Positions 18,116-28,065 of a stretch of 64,000 nucleotides of DNA are shown piece by piece; positions within the stretch are counted from its first letter, which is position 1; every line of letters starts with the position of its first letter. The stretch comes from a phage: assembly GCA_025823825.1 (NCBI GenBank), contig GCA_025823825.1_4720.1, one strand, 5' to 3'. The notes below the pieces were generated by a model that was not told the origin of the DNA, did not search any database, and saw only the letters and a list, made by a program, of their open reading frames with translations. The position numbers were made by a program, and so were the translations under genes.

Positions 18116-20338
18116 TCAGTTAGTCTGAACCGGCAGCTTGATGTTTTCGGTGTAGACCTTACGCAGGTTCACAACGTTAATCAGACCCAGCAGCGGGCAG
18201 TTGTTAACGAAGCGGCAGCGCGGCTGAACCATGGTTTCTTTAGAAACCTGACCGTTACGGGTAACCTGAGCAACAGATACCAGTTCCGGTACATACAGGA
18301 ACATACCGAAGGTCAGCGGATCCGGAGAACCCTGGATACCACGAGACAGGGTCACGAAGATCTTATCGCGCAGCATGACGTTCGGGTTATCTACAACCAC
18401 GAAGTTGAAGCTTACACCAACGGTACGGAAATCGCCATCGGTCTGCAGGAACTGCGGGATGTAGTTGTCAGTTGCTACTACGCAACGCGGTTTCTCATCA
18501 GCGTTGGAAGACAGCAGCTGCAGAGCTGGCTGATAACCAGACTCGGAGTACATGCGGTATGCCATCTCACGAATCACGTTCATGATCGCAGCAGACACTT
18601 CAGCACGACGTTCTGCAGTGGTGGTACCCTGAACAGATTTCTCCAGGTCCAGATTGATTTCTTCGAACCACGGACGGATCAGGTAACGACCGAAACCTTC
18701 GATCTGGATGTCACCGAACTGACGGAAGCGAGAGGTCGCAACCGCTTTCAGTGCGTCTTTGTAGCTGAACAGTTTCTCAACCATCAGGTTGTCGAAACGT
18801 GCGTTAGCAGCTTGGATCAGAACGTCCAGGTCAGCAGCGTTTTCTTCCCAATCCAGCGGACGAGGAATGGAGAACGGAGCCAGCAGGCCGATTGCGTAAC
18901 GTTCTTGCTTCATGTTGAAGTCAAGGTGCTTACCGCGCTCACGACGGTTGCTGTTGTTACGGCGGATACGCAGTTCGTAACCAACCAGTTTGAAGCTCAG
19001 GTCTTCAGCCAGTTGTTTGAACTCTTCGCTCTTACGCGGTTGTTCGATGTTGTCCTGATCAACCAGGCGATACAGTTCAGCGTTAGCGCCGTTAACACGC
19101 AGACCCGCTTTCTCTACGTTGGAAGAACCGTAAACTTCGATCGCCAGCTGAGCAGCGGATTTCGCATCGATGATGTCCTGCAGCGCTTCAGCTTTCGCAC
19201 CTTTAACGTCTTTGGTGTTCTCATCAACGAAGATGGAGTGGGTGTCGAACGCCAGGGTCATTTTGCGGAAGTCGCCTTCCAGGGATTTCTGGAAACCGTT
19301 GGTGATCAGACCAGATACGTCGAACGGTACGTAAGAGGTTTTGCTGTGCTTGGTAGATTTGATTTCTACCAGGATTTTGGTCAGCGTGATCTGGGCGTCC
19401 AGCGCGTCGGTGTTGTCGCTGTAACCGTTAGCCAGAATGCTGTCGTCTTCAGCGATACCGATCATGTCGATCAGTTTATCAACAGCCAGGTAAGACGTTT
19501 TATAAGTTACGCCTTTAATTTCGATGTCGCGCGGAGCAACGATCGTTTTATCAACGAAGTACTGCGCGTTGGCATCGTCAGCACGATAGATCGGATGCAG
19601 ATCGGTCACGTCGTTGGACAGAACGTCGTTGTACATGAACGCATCCAGCAGCGGACGACGTACCCAATCAGCCGGAGTACCGTCAGCGTTACGACGCAGG
19701 TGGTTGAACACCAGCGGGCGACGGAAAGATACGTCGTAACCGATCTGGTTCGGAGCCAGAACGATGGTGTTATACAGTTCGTTACCCATGCGGCTCAGAC
19801 GAGAAGCCTTCACGTTGAACACAACGGAGTACGGCATCATGTCACGCAGTTCTTTCTGGTCGTAGGACAGCTGAACCAGTTCTTCAGATTCGCAACCGCA
19901 GGAATCAGCAGCCATCATGACGAAGTTAGAGCTGTCAACTTCACGACCTGACGGAGTGGTGCTGATGTTCATGGAACGTGCTTGTTTAGCATATTCTACC
20001 GGGTTACCATGAGCCAGCATGATCAGTGCTGCTGCACGAGCCTGCTGTGCGTTCATGGTGAACAGCTGTTCTTCAATACGCTGCTTCTCTTCCGGAGTGG
20101 TGGTTTCGAAGCCCAGCATGGACAGAACCGGTTCTTCGGCTTTACGGATGTCGCTGCTGAAGCTCTTAACATCCATTTCGTTAACCAGTTTGTCCATGGA
20201 TTTGAAATCAACCTTAGAAGCAGATTCCATAGACAGGAAGGTGTTCTCCAGACCTTTGTCTGCTGGTTTGCTACCATTAGCGGTCAGGAACTGGCGAGTG
20301 GCCGCGACCTGTTGGCTAAGAAGGGTTTTATCATTCAT
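18116..20338 (-). CDS. highly expressed virion protein, best guess major capsid protein (740 aa); tail sheath is the alternative
   Basis: ATG start with aagga RBS; strongest host-optimal codon bias in the window (CTG/CGT/GGT/AAC); size fits jumbo-phage capsid proteins; identity not verifiable without search. Confidence 0.6.
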   Translation of the reverse strand: MNDKTLLSQQVAATRQFLTANGSKPADKGLENTFLSMESASKVDFKSMDKLVNEMDVKSFSSDIRKAEEPVLSMLGFETTTPEEKQRIEEQLFTMNAQQARAAALIMLAHGNPVEYAKQARSMNISTTPSGREVDSSNFVMMAADSCGCESEELVQLSYDQKELRDMMPYSVVFNVKASRLSRMGNELYNTIVLAPNQIGYDVSFRRPLVFNHLRRNADGTPADWVRRPLLDAFMYNDVLSNDVTDLHPIYRADDANAQYFVDKTIVAPRDIEIKGVTYKTSYLAVDKLIDMIGIAEDDSILANGYSDNTDALDAQITLTKILVEIKSTKHSKTSYVPFDVSGLITNGFQKSLEGDFRKMTLAFDTHSIFVDENTKDVKGAKAEALQDIIDAKSAAQLAIEVYGSSNVEKAGLRVNGANAELYRLVDQDNIEQPRKSEEFKQLAEDLSFKLVGYELRIRRNNSNRRERGKHLDFNMKQERYAIGLLAPFSIPRPLDWEENAADLDVLIQAANARFDNLMVEKLFSYKDALKAVATSRFRQFGDIQIEGFGRYLIRPWFEEINLDLEKSVQGTTTAERRAEVSAAIMNVIREMAYRMYSESGYQPALQLLSSNADEKPRCVVATDNYIPQFLQTDGDFRTVGVSFNFVVVDNPNVMLRDKIFVTLSRGIQGSPDPLTFGMFLYVPELVSVAQVTRNGQVSKETMVQPRCRFVNNCPLLGLINVVNLRKVYTENIKLPVQTN

Positions 20339-20487
20339 TGAAAGTATCCTTTACAGAATTAACTTATATAAGTCGGTCGATAGACCATAGCGTACACGCG
20401 TGCATGCGCCACTATAGTATCAGTAAACACTTACCGTTATTGAGGTCGTGATACAACACTAAAAATGCCGCATAACTTTTCCCTACG

Positions 20488-21108
20488 TCATAAACGACGC
20501 AGGCGATAATGGATGGAACGATTGGTGCAATATGAACGGAACAGCGGCAATTGCGCAACTTCCGCAAGACTCATATTAATTCGCAGGTGTTCAATAACGG
20601 CGCTGTAGTTATCAGCAATACGATCGCTCAATAACTCTTCTGCCAATAAAGGAAGACAATCGACAACAATCGCGATCACATCCTCATTAACATAACGCAC
20701 CCGAACACTCAACGGACGTTTGTCTGGGCTGTAAGTTGGATCCGCCAAACGTCGTTCAATATCACGCGGATAGCTCGTCAGTAAATGGTAATAACCATTG
20801 TCATAACGATTGATGTACTCGCACAGCACATCAACATTCTTCTCTGGCGGCAAACCTGTTTCGTCATAGTGATACGCAAACATACCACCAAGCAGGTTGT
20901 TAAGATGAACTGCAGGGTTCGCTTGTTCGTGTTCTTTCGTGATGAAGAAAGGCACGTTTTGAGCTGCGAAATAAAAACCTACATCATTGGGCGATAGTAT
21001 GCCGAAAAGACTTTTAGGATCTAATAACACCTGTAAGTCATCACGCGCATTTCGAATGATCGCGTGTTCTACCCAATTCGGAACGACGAGATATCGGAGT
21101 TCCTTCAT
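20488..21108 (-). CDS. hypothetical protein (206 aa)
   Basis: ORF with ATG start and agagg RBS; divergent from the gene at 21148. Confidence 0.65.
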   Translation of the reverse strand: MKELRYLVVPNWVEHAIIRNARDDLQVLLDPKSLFGILSPNDVGFYFAAQNVPFFITKEHEQANPAVHLNNLLGGMFAYHYDETGLPPEKNVDVLCEYINRYDNGYYHLLTSYPRDIERRLADPTYSPDKRPLSVRVRYVNEDVIAIVVDCLPLLAEELLSDRIADNYSAVIEHLRINMSLAEVAQLPLFRSYCTNRSIHYRLRRL

Positions 21109-22758
21109 TATGATTACCTCTTTGCAAGTATCGAAAGGATTGAGTCGATGGACCCAAAACAGATAGCCATTAAGATTATTACGTTACTGTTTCGTAATGC
21201 ACAATTGAACCATCCCGATCCCAGTACGATCGAACATGTTAAATCCGTCTTAGATAAAGTCGAACCCCCGAAAAACCATCTCGCTACAGACGTAGATAGA
21301 GAGGTTTTCAGCAACCTGATGAACACCATTCATTGGATGCTGGAACAACCGTTATCGGAACCTTTCGATAAACAACAGTTGTTACAAAGGATACGTTTAG
21401 ATTGCCTTGAACAAAGCAATCTTTACGAGATTCTTGCCGACGGACTGTACGATATCGAAGACGACGCTCATATCAGTAAGGTCTGTTCGCTCTATTACAA
21501 TGAATTACGTAATCTGATTACTCGTCGTCGTGTTTTCGAAACCTTTAGAAACACGTACATGGATATCAGTAACGGGCGACTTGGGGATAAAGAATTTTTC
21601 GATGCGATGGCGAATTTGAAATTATCGCTAGACAGTATCGAAATGGATACCGAAAATCCCGAAGAGATGTCGTGTATGATTGACGGCTTTATCGCTGACA
21701 GCGAAGACGATATCGAGAAAGTTGAACGTATGTTCGTCAAAGCGATGGAACGTAACAGTCCTGAAGGTGGATTTGTAACCGGCTGGCAAGGCTTTAATAA
21801 AATGTTGGGGTCGGTCGGTGTTTTACGTCGCGGTACCTTAGGACTGATTGGTGCAATGCAGCACCGGAACAAGTCAGGTGTGTTGTTAAAACTGTTCACG
21901 CATCTGGCATTGTACAATAAACCCCATTTCTTTTTTCCGGAGCGAGCAAAGAAAGCACTACTGATTCACTTGTCAACAGAAAACGAAGTAGAAGAAAACA
22001 CGCTTCAGATATACAAGAACATGCGAGAACAGGAAACAGGCGAATATGTCGATATTCGTAAGATTGACCCTCGCGAGGCATCACGTTATGTGTTGAAGGT
22101 GTTCAACGATGCGGGTTTCTCTGTTTGTATGCGTCGTGTTGATGGGATGAGTTATAAACAACTCGCTAATCTCATCGACCATTTCGAACGCATGGGTTAT
22201 GAAGTCATGGCGTTGTTCATTGACTATCTGAAAATGTTCTCATCGGAAGGGTTGGATAGAAATGGACCGACCGGCGCATGGCTCCAAGAACTCTTCAACA
22301 AAGTACGTAACCTCTGCAGCGTTAAACGTATTTTAGGTATGACCGTACACCAGCTGTCATCTGATGCGAAGATGCGTGCGCGTGATGGCAACGATGAAGA
22401 GTTCGTTGACCAAGTCGCGGGTTTAAGTTACTGGGATGGTTGTAAAGGGATTGACCGTGAGATTGACCTCGAAGTGATTGTTGATATCGTTAAGGAACCG
22501 GGCAAACGTCAAAGCTGGCAAGTCTTTGCGTTAGGGAAAGACCGTCAACCGGATAACGGCTCAACGAAACCTGAAGACAAACACTTCGCGATGCCATTCC
22601 AAACCATCGGGATGCTTCCTGATGATTACGGTAAGAAAGCAGTGTATTGCCGCAAGGTTGGCGGACAACCTGTCTCCGAGGGAGGTAAAGGTCCGTGGAA
22701 CAAGTTCGATGAAAACGCAGCACCGAGTAATGAATTACAATTTGACTTAGAATTTTAA
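21064..22758 (+). CDS. hypothetical protein (~536-564 aa)
   Basis: Long ORF; track start is GTG and overlaps the divergent gene, likely true start is ATG at 21148 with aagga upstream. Confidence 0.7.
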   Translation: MFYPIRNDEISEFLHYDYLFASIERIESMDPKQIAIKIITLLFRNAQLNHPDPSTIEHVKSVLDKVEPPKNHLATDVDREVFSNLMNTIHWMLEQPLSEPFDKQQLLQRIRLDCLEQSNLYEILADGLYDIEDDAHISKVCSLYYNELRNLITRRRVFETFRNTYMDISNGRLGDKEFFDAMANLKLSLDSIEMDTENPEEMSCMIDGFIADSEDDIEKVERMFVKAMERNSPEGGFVTGWQGFNKMLGSVGVLRRGTLGLIGAMQHRNKSGVLLKLFTHLALYNKPHFFFPERAKKALLIHLSTENEVEENTLQIYKNMREQETGEYVDIRKIDPREASRYVLKVFNDAGFSVCMRRVDGMSYKQLANLIDHFERMGYEVMALFIDYLKMFSSEGLDRNGPTGAWLQELFNKVRNLCSVKRILGMTVHQLSSDAKMRARDGNDEEFVDQVAGLSYWDGCKGIDREIDLEVIVDIVKEPGKRQSWQVFALGKDRQPDNGSTKPEDKHFAMPFQTIGMLPDDYGKKAVYCRKVGGQPVSEGGKGPWNKFDENAAPSNELQFDLEF

Positions 22759-22781
22759 ACACAAAAAAAGATTGTACGGTT

Positions 22782-22819
22782 CCCTCCTCCAACCCGTAAG
22801 GGAAGGAGGAGGGGTTATG
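22782..22819. terminator. hairpin element, copy 4 (convergent)
   Basis: CCCTCCTCC-aaccc-gtaa-gggaa-GGAGGAGGGG-ttatg; A7/T7 run on left flank. Confidence 0.6.
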
Positions 22820-22829
22820 ACCGCTTTGA

Positions 22830-23156
22830 TTAACTTATTGTCGTGAATTCATTAGGTGAAAATTTCCAGCCGTTCTCAGTGAGAAGCGTGTTGAGTTTCG
22901 CTGCAACGATAAGCCATGCATGCATGGCCGTTACATCGTATTGGCGATTCACTCGACGTTGGTTTTCGATATTGATTTGCTCCTGTTCGGTGATGTTTGG
23001 ATAAAGTGCGATAGCGCTAGGTTTACCCAGCGCGCTAGTCATCACCGCCGTACATTCACTGATAATGTTGTTTAAGTGGTAGTTATACACCGTTCCACGC
23101 ATGACGCGATGACGGCATTCGATAATAGCGTCGTAAATGATTTCTCGAGTAATCAT
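22830..23156 (-). CDS. small hypothetical protein (108 aa)
   Basis: ORF immediately downstream of hairpin element; tight spacing with 23163-23564. Confidence 0.5.
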   Translation of the reverse strand: MITREIIYDAIIECRHRVMRGTVYNYHLNNIISECTAVMTSALGKPSAIALYPNITEQEQINIENQRRVNRQYDVTAMHAWLIVAAKLNTLLTENGWKFSPNEFTTIS

Positions 23157-23162
23157 GATAAT

Positions 23163-23564
23163 TTAAAACATACGGTCGTTTTTAGCACGGGCGTCCATTA
23201 CCAGATCGTAGATGCCTGCGGTTCGTAAGCACTCTTCGTAGTAACGATGTGTGCCTTCCTCAGCCATCCACGATAACCCTCGGCTATCCGCAACGATAAC
23301 CAGTTTGTTATTGTTGAACGCACACACCACACGGTAGGTCGCGTTGTTATTCGGATCGCGAGTGATAAGTTCGTAAACGCCGTTAACAGGTTTACTGAAT
23401 TCACCGTTTAACGGGATGAGTTCGGTAGTACCTTCAGCAAACGTTACGTTGATCGGTGATGGATCTTTGGCGATAACAGTATATTCCACATTGTGTTCTT
23501 TACTGGTCATGATACCGAAGTAAGAACTGACAGGGGAACGCGGTACACTAAGAATATTAAACAT
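23163..23564 (-). CDS. small hypothetical protein (133 aa)
   Basis: ORF with ATG start and aagagga RBS. Confidence 0.55.
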   Translation of the reverse strand: MFNILSVPRSPVSSYFGIMTSKEHNVEYTVIAKDPSPINVTFAEGTTELIPLNGEFSKPVNGVYELITRDPNNNATYRVVCAFNNNKLVIVADSRGLSWMAEEGTHRYYEECLRTAGIYDLVMDARAKNDRMF

Positions 23565-23633
23565 AAATGTTGTCCTCTTAATTGGATTTAGATTGTTGGG
23601 TATGTGATTGGAAATGAAAACGTTGTTTCGGTT

Positions 23634-24203
23634 TTAGACGATGAGCGACCAGGTGGTAAGCACCCCGCTTGCGAATTCGAGCTTAAGACGTTTACCGATA
23701 AGTTGTTGTTGGATCATCTTCTCGGTGATGCGTCGATCTTGCTGAACCGCTTTATCAAACGCTTCTTTTGCTTCAGCTTGGTAGAAGTTCGTTTCTTCGT
23801 TTTCGTCGATCTCTTCGAGCGTATCCTCGTCGATGTCGGCAAGTTTCACTCGACCGTTTTCATCAGGTTGTTCTGCAGGTTCATTGTCATACGGCGTGTC
23901 TTTTGTTGGTGCGACACGATGTTGCAACTCGACCTGTGTTAACATGATCTCCATCTCACCATCGATAGGAATGATTTCATCGGCGCTGCCGTTTTCGGTT
24001 AGCTCTCGACTTTCCAGTAATGTCGTGGTAACAGAGAACACCTCTTCAACAGGAACCTCGTCATCGTCGATGGTGTTAACCGTGTTGCTGGTAACTTCGG
24101 CAACGACCATCAAATCAAATGCGTGAGGGTCACCTGGCATTTTGATGCCTGGAAGTTTGTTGAGGTACCAAGGATCAAGAATCATGATTTCTGGATTAAA
24201 CAT
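23634..24203 (-). CDS. acidic hypothetical protein (189 aa)
   Basis: ORF; Asp/Glu-rich middle region. Confidence 0.55.
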   Translation of the reverse strand: MFNPEIMILDPWYLNKLPGIKMPGDPHAFDLMVVAEVTSNTVNTIDDDEVPVEEVFSVTTTLLESRELTENGSADEIIPIDGEMEIMLTQVELQHRVAPTKDTPYDNEPAEQPDENGRVKLADIDEDTLEEIDENEETNFYQAEAKEAFDKAVQQDRRITEKMIQQQLIGKRLKLEFASGVLTTWSLIV

Positions 24204-24272
24204 CGTATTTTACCTTTCTATGTTAGGTGGATTGCGGATAGAAGAATCAATGCATAGGTTGATCGTTCTTTG

Positions 24273-24719
24273 TTAGAAATTATTGCCGAACTGGTTATGG
24301 TTATATGGTTGGTAGTGTCCGTAATTACCTGGGAAGCCACCATACGGCACAGGCTCCGGTTTAGGGATTTCCATGGTCGGATTTTTGGAATTGATTGCCA
24401 TCACGTAAATTGTTACGGGTGATACCGCGCGATTCATTTCGACGGCCACACGACGGATGTAGCCAACGTATGCTGTTATTGCAGGCATTAGCTTGTCCCC
24501 TTCGGTAGTTATAACGGTACCATCAGAAAGAATCTCGCGAACCGCGCACCATTTACCAAGATGAACGCCTTGCTGCGGCTTTATTCCAGTAGCGATAGAG
24601 AGATAGGTATCGTACGTCGTTTGATGATTCGGATGGCTATAGATAGATTCTGCTTTGGTTTCGTCTTTTCCTAAGTATTCGCCTTGCATGGGGGTAGGAG
24701 TTGATGAAGAATGTGGCAT
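24273..24719 (-). CDS. paralog family C member (148 aa)
   Basis: AAGGAG RBS; shares (Y)xHPxxxTTYDxYL(S/T)I...G(K/E/A)W(C/R)(A/M/I)(V/I)REI...DG(T/R)(V/I)(I/V)T with 24831-25691 and 25745-26545. Confidence 0.65.
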   Translation of the reverse strand: MPHSSSTPTPMQGEYLGKDETKAESIYSHPNHQTTYDTYLSIATGIKPQQGVHLGKWCAVREILSDGTVITTEGDKLMPAITAYVGYIRRVAVEMNRAVSPVTIYVMAINSKNPTMEIPKPEPVPYGGFPGNYGHYQPYNHNQFGNNF

Positions 24720-24830
24720 GTTCGATTCTCCTTCGAGTTGTTTGATCGATTGTTCAACTGGTACTGATTACGATTGGTTGATAACAGTAGAGCTACCGCT
24801 TAAAAACTCTACCGTTGTTTAGATACCGTA

Positions 24831-25691
24831 TTAGGATATACGGTGCATCGTCGGTGCGATTGGTCGTTGACCAAGGTAGAATGTATATCTCGGACGATTC
24901 TTCGGTGCCTGGTTTGGTTGAGGATTCTTCGAATCGATAGCTAACACATAGTACTGAAGTGTGGGGTTGAGTGTCGTCAGATAGTTTCTGATGAACTCCT
25001 TGTTTAAACTTTCAGTCGGGGTTAATACATGTCCGTTGATTGTAACGACGGTGCCGTCGGAACGTATTTCACGAACAATGCACCAGGCCCCCGCACCAAC
25101 ATCGGTAGGGATAGTCGTGCTGGGTGTGATGGTTAGATATTTATCGAAGAATTCGCAGCAAAGAGGATGCTTATAGACCGTTACGGTATCATCTCCTGGC
25201 GAGGTTCTCTCTTTTGTTACAAGATCCATTGCTGGTACGAAAGTGTTGATTTTGGCAACCTTATCGGCATCTTCGTTCGCTTCGATATAAATCTCTGCTT
25301 TACCGTACACGCTCTGAACTAAACGACGTAACTGTTCGTATGTTTTCGGTGAGGTTAGCTGCACCCGACTGAGCAGTTCATCGTACCAAGCTTCGAAGGT
25401 GCTTGTTGGTATCTTAACGTATGCCTTATTCCCGGTTTCATTTTCATCCCGGAAGATAATCGCAACGGTATCAGGCTCGTCAAGAGAGTCCAGGTAAACG
25501 ATGTGCTCGACCAACGCAGAAAATGTCTTACGTCCAATTCCCCCATAGTACGGGATTGCTGAATGAACCAGCCGCCAGTTACATGAAGTTTGGATATGAT
25601 CGAAGGCGTTGATCATGTTTTTACTATAACGAAAAATTTCAGTAAAATATTCTTTACGTTCTTTACTAAGACGTTTGTATATCTTGGTCAT
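24831..25691 (-). CDS. paralog family C member (286 aa)
   Basis: gaggag RBS; conserved C-terminal domain GAWCIVREIRSDGTVVTINGHVLTP...YYVLAIDSKNP. Confidence 0.7.
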   Translation of the reverse strand: MTKIYKRLSKERKEYFTEIFRYSKNMINAFDHIQTSCNWRLVHSAIPYYGGIGRKTFSALVEHIVYLDSLDEPDTVAIIFRDENETGNKAYVKIPTSTFEAWYDELLSRVQLTSPKTYEQLRRLVQSVYGKAEIYIEANEDADKVAKINTFVPAMDLVTKERTSPGDDTVTVYKHPLCCEFFDKYLTITPSTTIPTDVGAGAWCIVREIRSDGTVVTINGHVLTPTESLNKEFIRNYLTTLNPTLQYYVLAIDSKNPQPNQAPKNRPRYTFYLGQRPIAPTMHRIS

Positions 25692-25744
25692 TTTTGTAGC
25701 TCCTCGATTAAAGTAAAGATGAACGCGATCATTTATTATCGCTT

Positions 25745-26545
25745 TTAGTTTTTACCATTCCCCCAGCTAGGTTCTTCGTAGAAATGATGCGGATAACCAG
25801 AGTAGGAACCCATGACACAAGAGGCCGTTTCTTTTCGTGAATCGATGACCAGCGCATAAAACTGTCTGAGGTTCGACAACATAGAGAAATAAGACGACAG
25901 CACTTTTTCGTTTAACGCATCGCACGGTAAGCAGGTGCGACCGCAAAACGTCACAATACGGCCATCAGGATAGATCTCACGAATCATTCGCCATTCACCG
26001 ATGTCGACCGGCGACGGTGTAGATGTACCGCCCGTTATTGTTAAATATCGGTCGTACGTAGTACGGCATTCAGGATGAACGTAAATCGGTTGGGCATCAA
26101 TACTATCGTTTTCTGTTTGATCTTTACTCACGTATACCTCAAGGTAGATTGTTGGTAACCCGGTTAGAACGCCAGTATCACGACGTTTTTTGGTAATCCG
26201 GGGACGGATATTATCGAGCACGCCTTCCAGTTTTTCTGCGACTTCGTCAGCCGGTAATATATACCCGTATGTTGGTTCTGGGTCATCATCGTGGCTAAAT
26301 AAGATACGACAGTCGTTTTTATTAAATTCTATATCTTCAGGTGGGAAGATGATGACGCGAACCGTATGGCGTTCTGCGATATAAAATCCTTCAGGCCCCT
26401 CAGTTTTGGTAAGTGTAAAGGACCAGGATGAATGATCTTCAAGTGACGTGCCTGCCAGGAAAAAGTCCGCCCGAATTGGTGCGTTCCATTTCGCGATCAT
26501 ATTGGCGTGACCAATAACGCCTAATTTTTGATAAATATCTGTCAT
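25745..26545 (-). CDS. paralog family C member (266 aa)
   Basis: gagga RBS; conserved C-terminal domain GEWRMIREIYPDGRIVTFCGRTCLP...FYALVIDSRKE; TATATTAC-containing element upstream. Confidence 0.7.
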   Translation of the reverse strand: MTDIYQKLGVIGHANMIAKWNAPIRADFFLAGTSLEDHSSWSFTLTKTEGPEGFYIAERHTVRVIIFPPEDIEFNKNDCRILFSHDDDPEPTYGYILPADEVAEKLEGVLDNIRPRITKKRRDTGVLTGLPTIYLEVYVSKDQTENDSIDAQPIYVHPECRTTYDRYLTITGGTSTPSPVDIGEWRMIREIYPDGRIVTFCGRTCLPCDALNEKVLSSYFSMLSNLRQFYALVIDSRKETASCVMGSYSGYPHHFYEEPSWGNGKN

Positions 26546-26608
26546 GATTGTATCCTCGGTTATTAAGAGAAATTTACAGTGATAACAGTAACCGTTGTCA
26601 TCACCTTA

Positions 26609-26632
26609 GTAATATAGCCATGAAATAAACTG
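26609..26632 (-). promoter_or_regulatory. conserved upstream element with TATATTAC (candidate phage early/middle promoter) for 25745-26545
   Basis: Minus strand reads CAGTTTATTTCATGGCTATATTAC; near-identical 24-nt element at 63139-63162. Confidence 0.45.
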
Positions 26633-26652
26633 GAGTAACGCGCTTAAGACAG

Positions 26653-26697
26653 CATAGAACCCTCTCCCAACCCATAAGGGAAGGGAGAGGGAATATT
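26653..26697. terminator. hairpin element, copy 5 (tandem minus-strand genes)
   Basis: cata-gaaCCCTCTCCC-aaccc-ataa-gggaa-GGGAGAGGG-aatatt; stop codon of 26696 gene in right flank. Confidence 0.6.
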
Positions 26698-28063
26698 AAA
26701 CGGTTGGACGAACGGTGTTGTCTTTTTCTGGTGCAAGCCATAACGTGACCGTACCATGACATGTCCACTGTGGTTCACGTACAGAAGAACCTGCCATTGT
26801 AACAGCGCAATCGGTACGCATGATAACCCCGTATGCTTCGCAGAGATTGTTATCCTGCATCCACACAACTTTAGCAGGCATGCCGGGATACAACATATCC
26901 ATGTTTGCGTACTCCCACACCAACTGCATTGTCCTGCCGCGTAATCCAGCAGTATTACTTAATTCACGCCATCGGTTATCGGTTACGCGTCCCATCCCTT
27001 TCGCCACCTTCACGTTATCGCTACGTTCTTCAGTTACGTACTCGCTAACGTTTACGGTACGACTGATTATTGTATCGCCCCCTTTTGATAATGTCATTCC
27101 CTGACTCATCTGACTTGCCGAAACAAAACGCCCACCCGCATTACCTAACAACGAAGCCGCGTTATTGATGTCGCTTACCGACGCCCCTCTCGTACAGGCG
27201 ATTTCCACGTATTTGTCACGATTGATCCAGGTCTTGTCCATACCCGGAAACATATCGGCAGGATAGTTGTAAAAGATAGCCGTACGGCGACCATCAGAGA
27301 AACGGGTTTCGTCGTAGAGAGGATAAATATACAGATACGGGGATTGATAATAACAACCGACGTCCGCTGAATAAATACCGACCTGGTTCTGGATTTTGTC
27401 TACGAGATCCATTGCGTTGGTGCCATGCGGAAGAATAAGCAACTTGAACAGGTTGTCGTTATTCGGTGCAACAATGTCTACACCCTGCATTTTGAATCCG
27501 GTGTCAGCTTCGACCGCAGAAAGTATCTTGCTGAATTCGAGTCGTAACACATCCAGAACTTTCGACCCAGTATAGTTTTCACCGGTTTCTGATTGCATGA
27601 AGCTTTCAAGAACAGGATCGAACAGTTGAAATTGAAGATCGACCATTTGTTCGTAGTCTTTCTTCGAAGAATCGGTTGCGGTACGTTCGTCGTTAGCAGA
27701 CATACGACTGTCTACGGTTGTTAAACAAACCGCTCGGTAGACGTAAGCTTGTGCAGCATCGTCTACGGTTTGGCGTTGTCCGCGCATCAGGCTGTACGCT
27801 TGCACGATGATGCGCATTTTAAGTTGTTGTTGGTACGGTAAGATGTATTTTCCGTAACTGCCTGGCGGGAACTTTACAGAGATATAAAGTTCATCTCCTG
27901 CGTTACGTTCATAGTCTCGATACGTGTGGACTTGAGTCACTAAAGGAACAGACACCGTCATTGACGGCGTGATTAATTCCGCGGTGACTTTATACGCAAC
28001 AGCAACTGCTTCCTGCGCAAATGTACCGATATACCGTCCTAACGGCGTCTGTTTGTAATCCAT
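26696..28063 (-). CDS. hypothetical virion-type protein (455 aa)
   Basis: Long ORF, first gene of a five-gene run with overlapping/abutting stops and starts (26696-31912). Confidence 0.75.
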   Translation of the reverse strand: MDYKQTPLGRYIGTFAQEAVAVAYKVTAELITPSMTVSVPLVTQVHTYRDYERNAGDELYISVKFPPGSYGKYILPYQQQLKMRIIVQAYSLMRGQRQTVDDAAQAYVYRAVCLTTVDSRMSANDERTATDSSKKDYEQMVDLQFQLFDPVLESFMQSETGENYTGSKVLDVLRLEFSKILSAVEADTGFKMQGVDIVAPNNDNLFKLLILPHGTNAMDLVDKIQNQVGIYSADVGCYYQSPYLYIYPLYDETRFSDGRRTAIFYNYPADMFPGMDKTWINRDKYVEIACTRGASVSDINNAASLLGNAGGRFVSASQMSQGMTLSKGGDTIISRTVNVSEYVTEERSDNVKVAKGMGRVTDNRWRELSNTAGLRGRTMQLVWEYANMDMLYPGMPAKVVWMQDNNLCEAYGVIMRTDCAVTMAGSSVREPQWTCHGTVTLWLAPEKDNTVRPTV

Positions 28064-28065
28064 GT

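Noticed and set aside
18041-19951. 636-aa plus-strand ORF opposite the capsid-candidate gene
   Set aside because: Antisense to a gene with extreme codon bias; its own sequence is low-complexity (V/R/Q/F-rich) with no RBS; typical artefact of high-GC3 coding sequence on the opposite strand.
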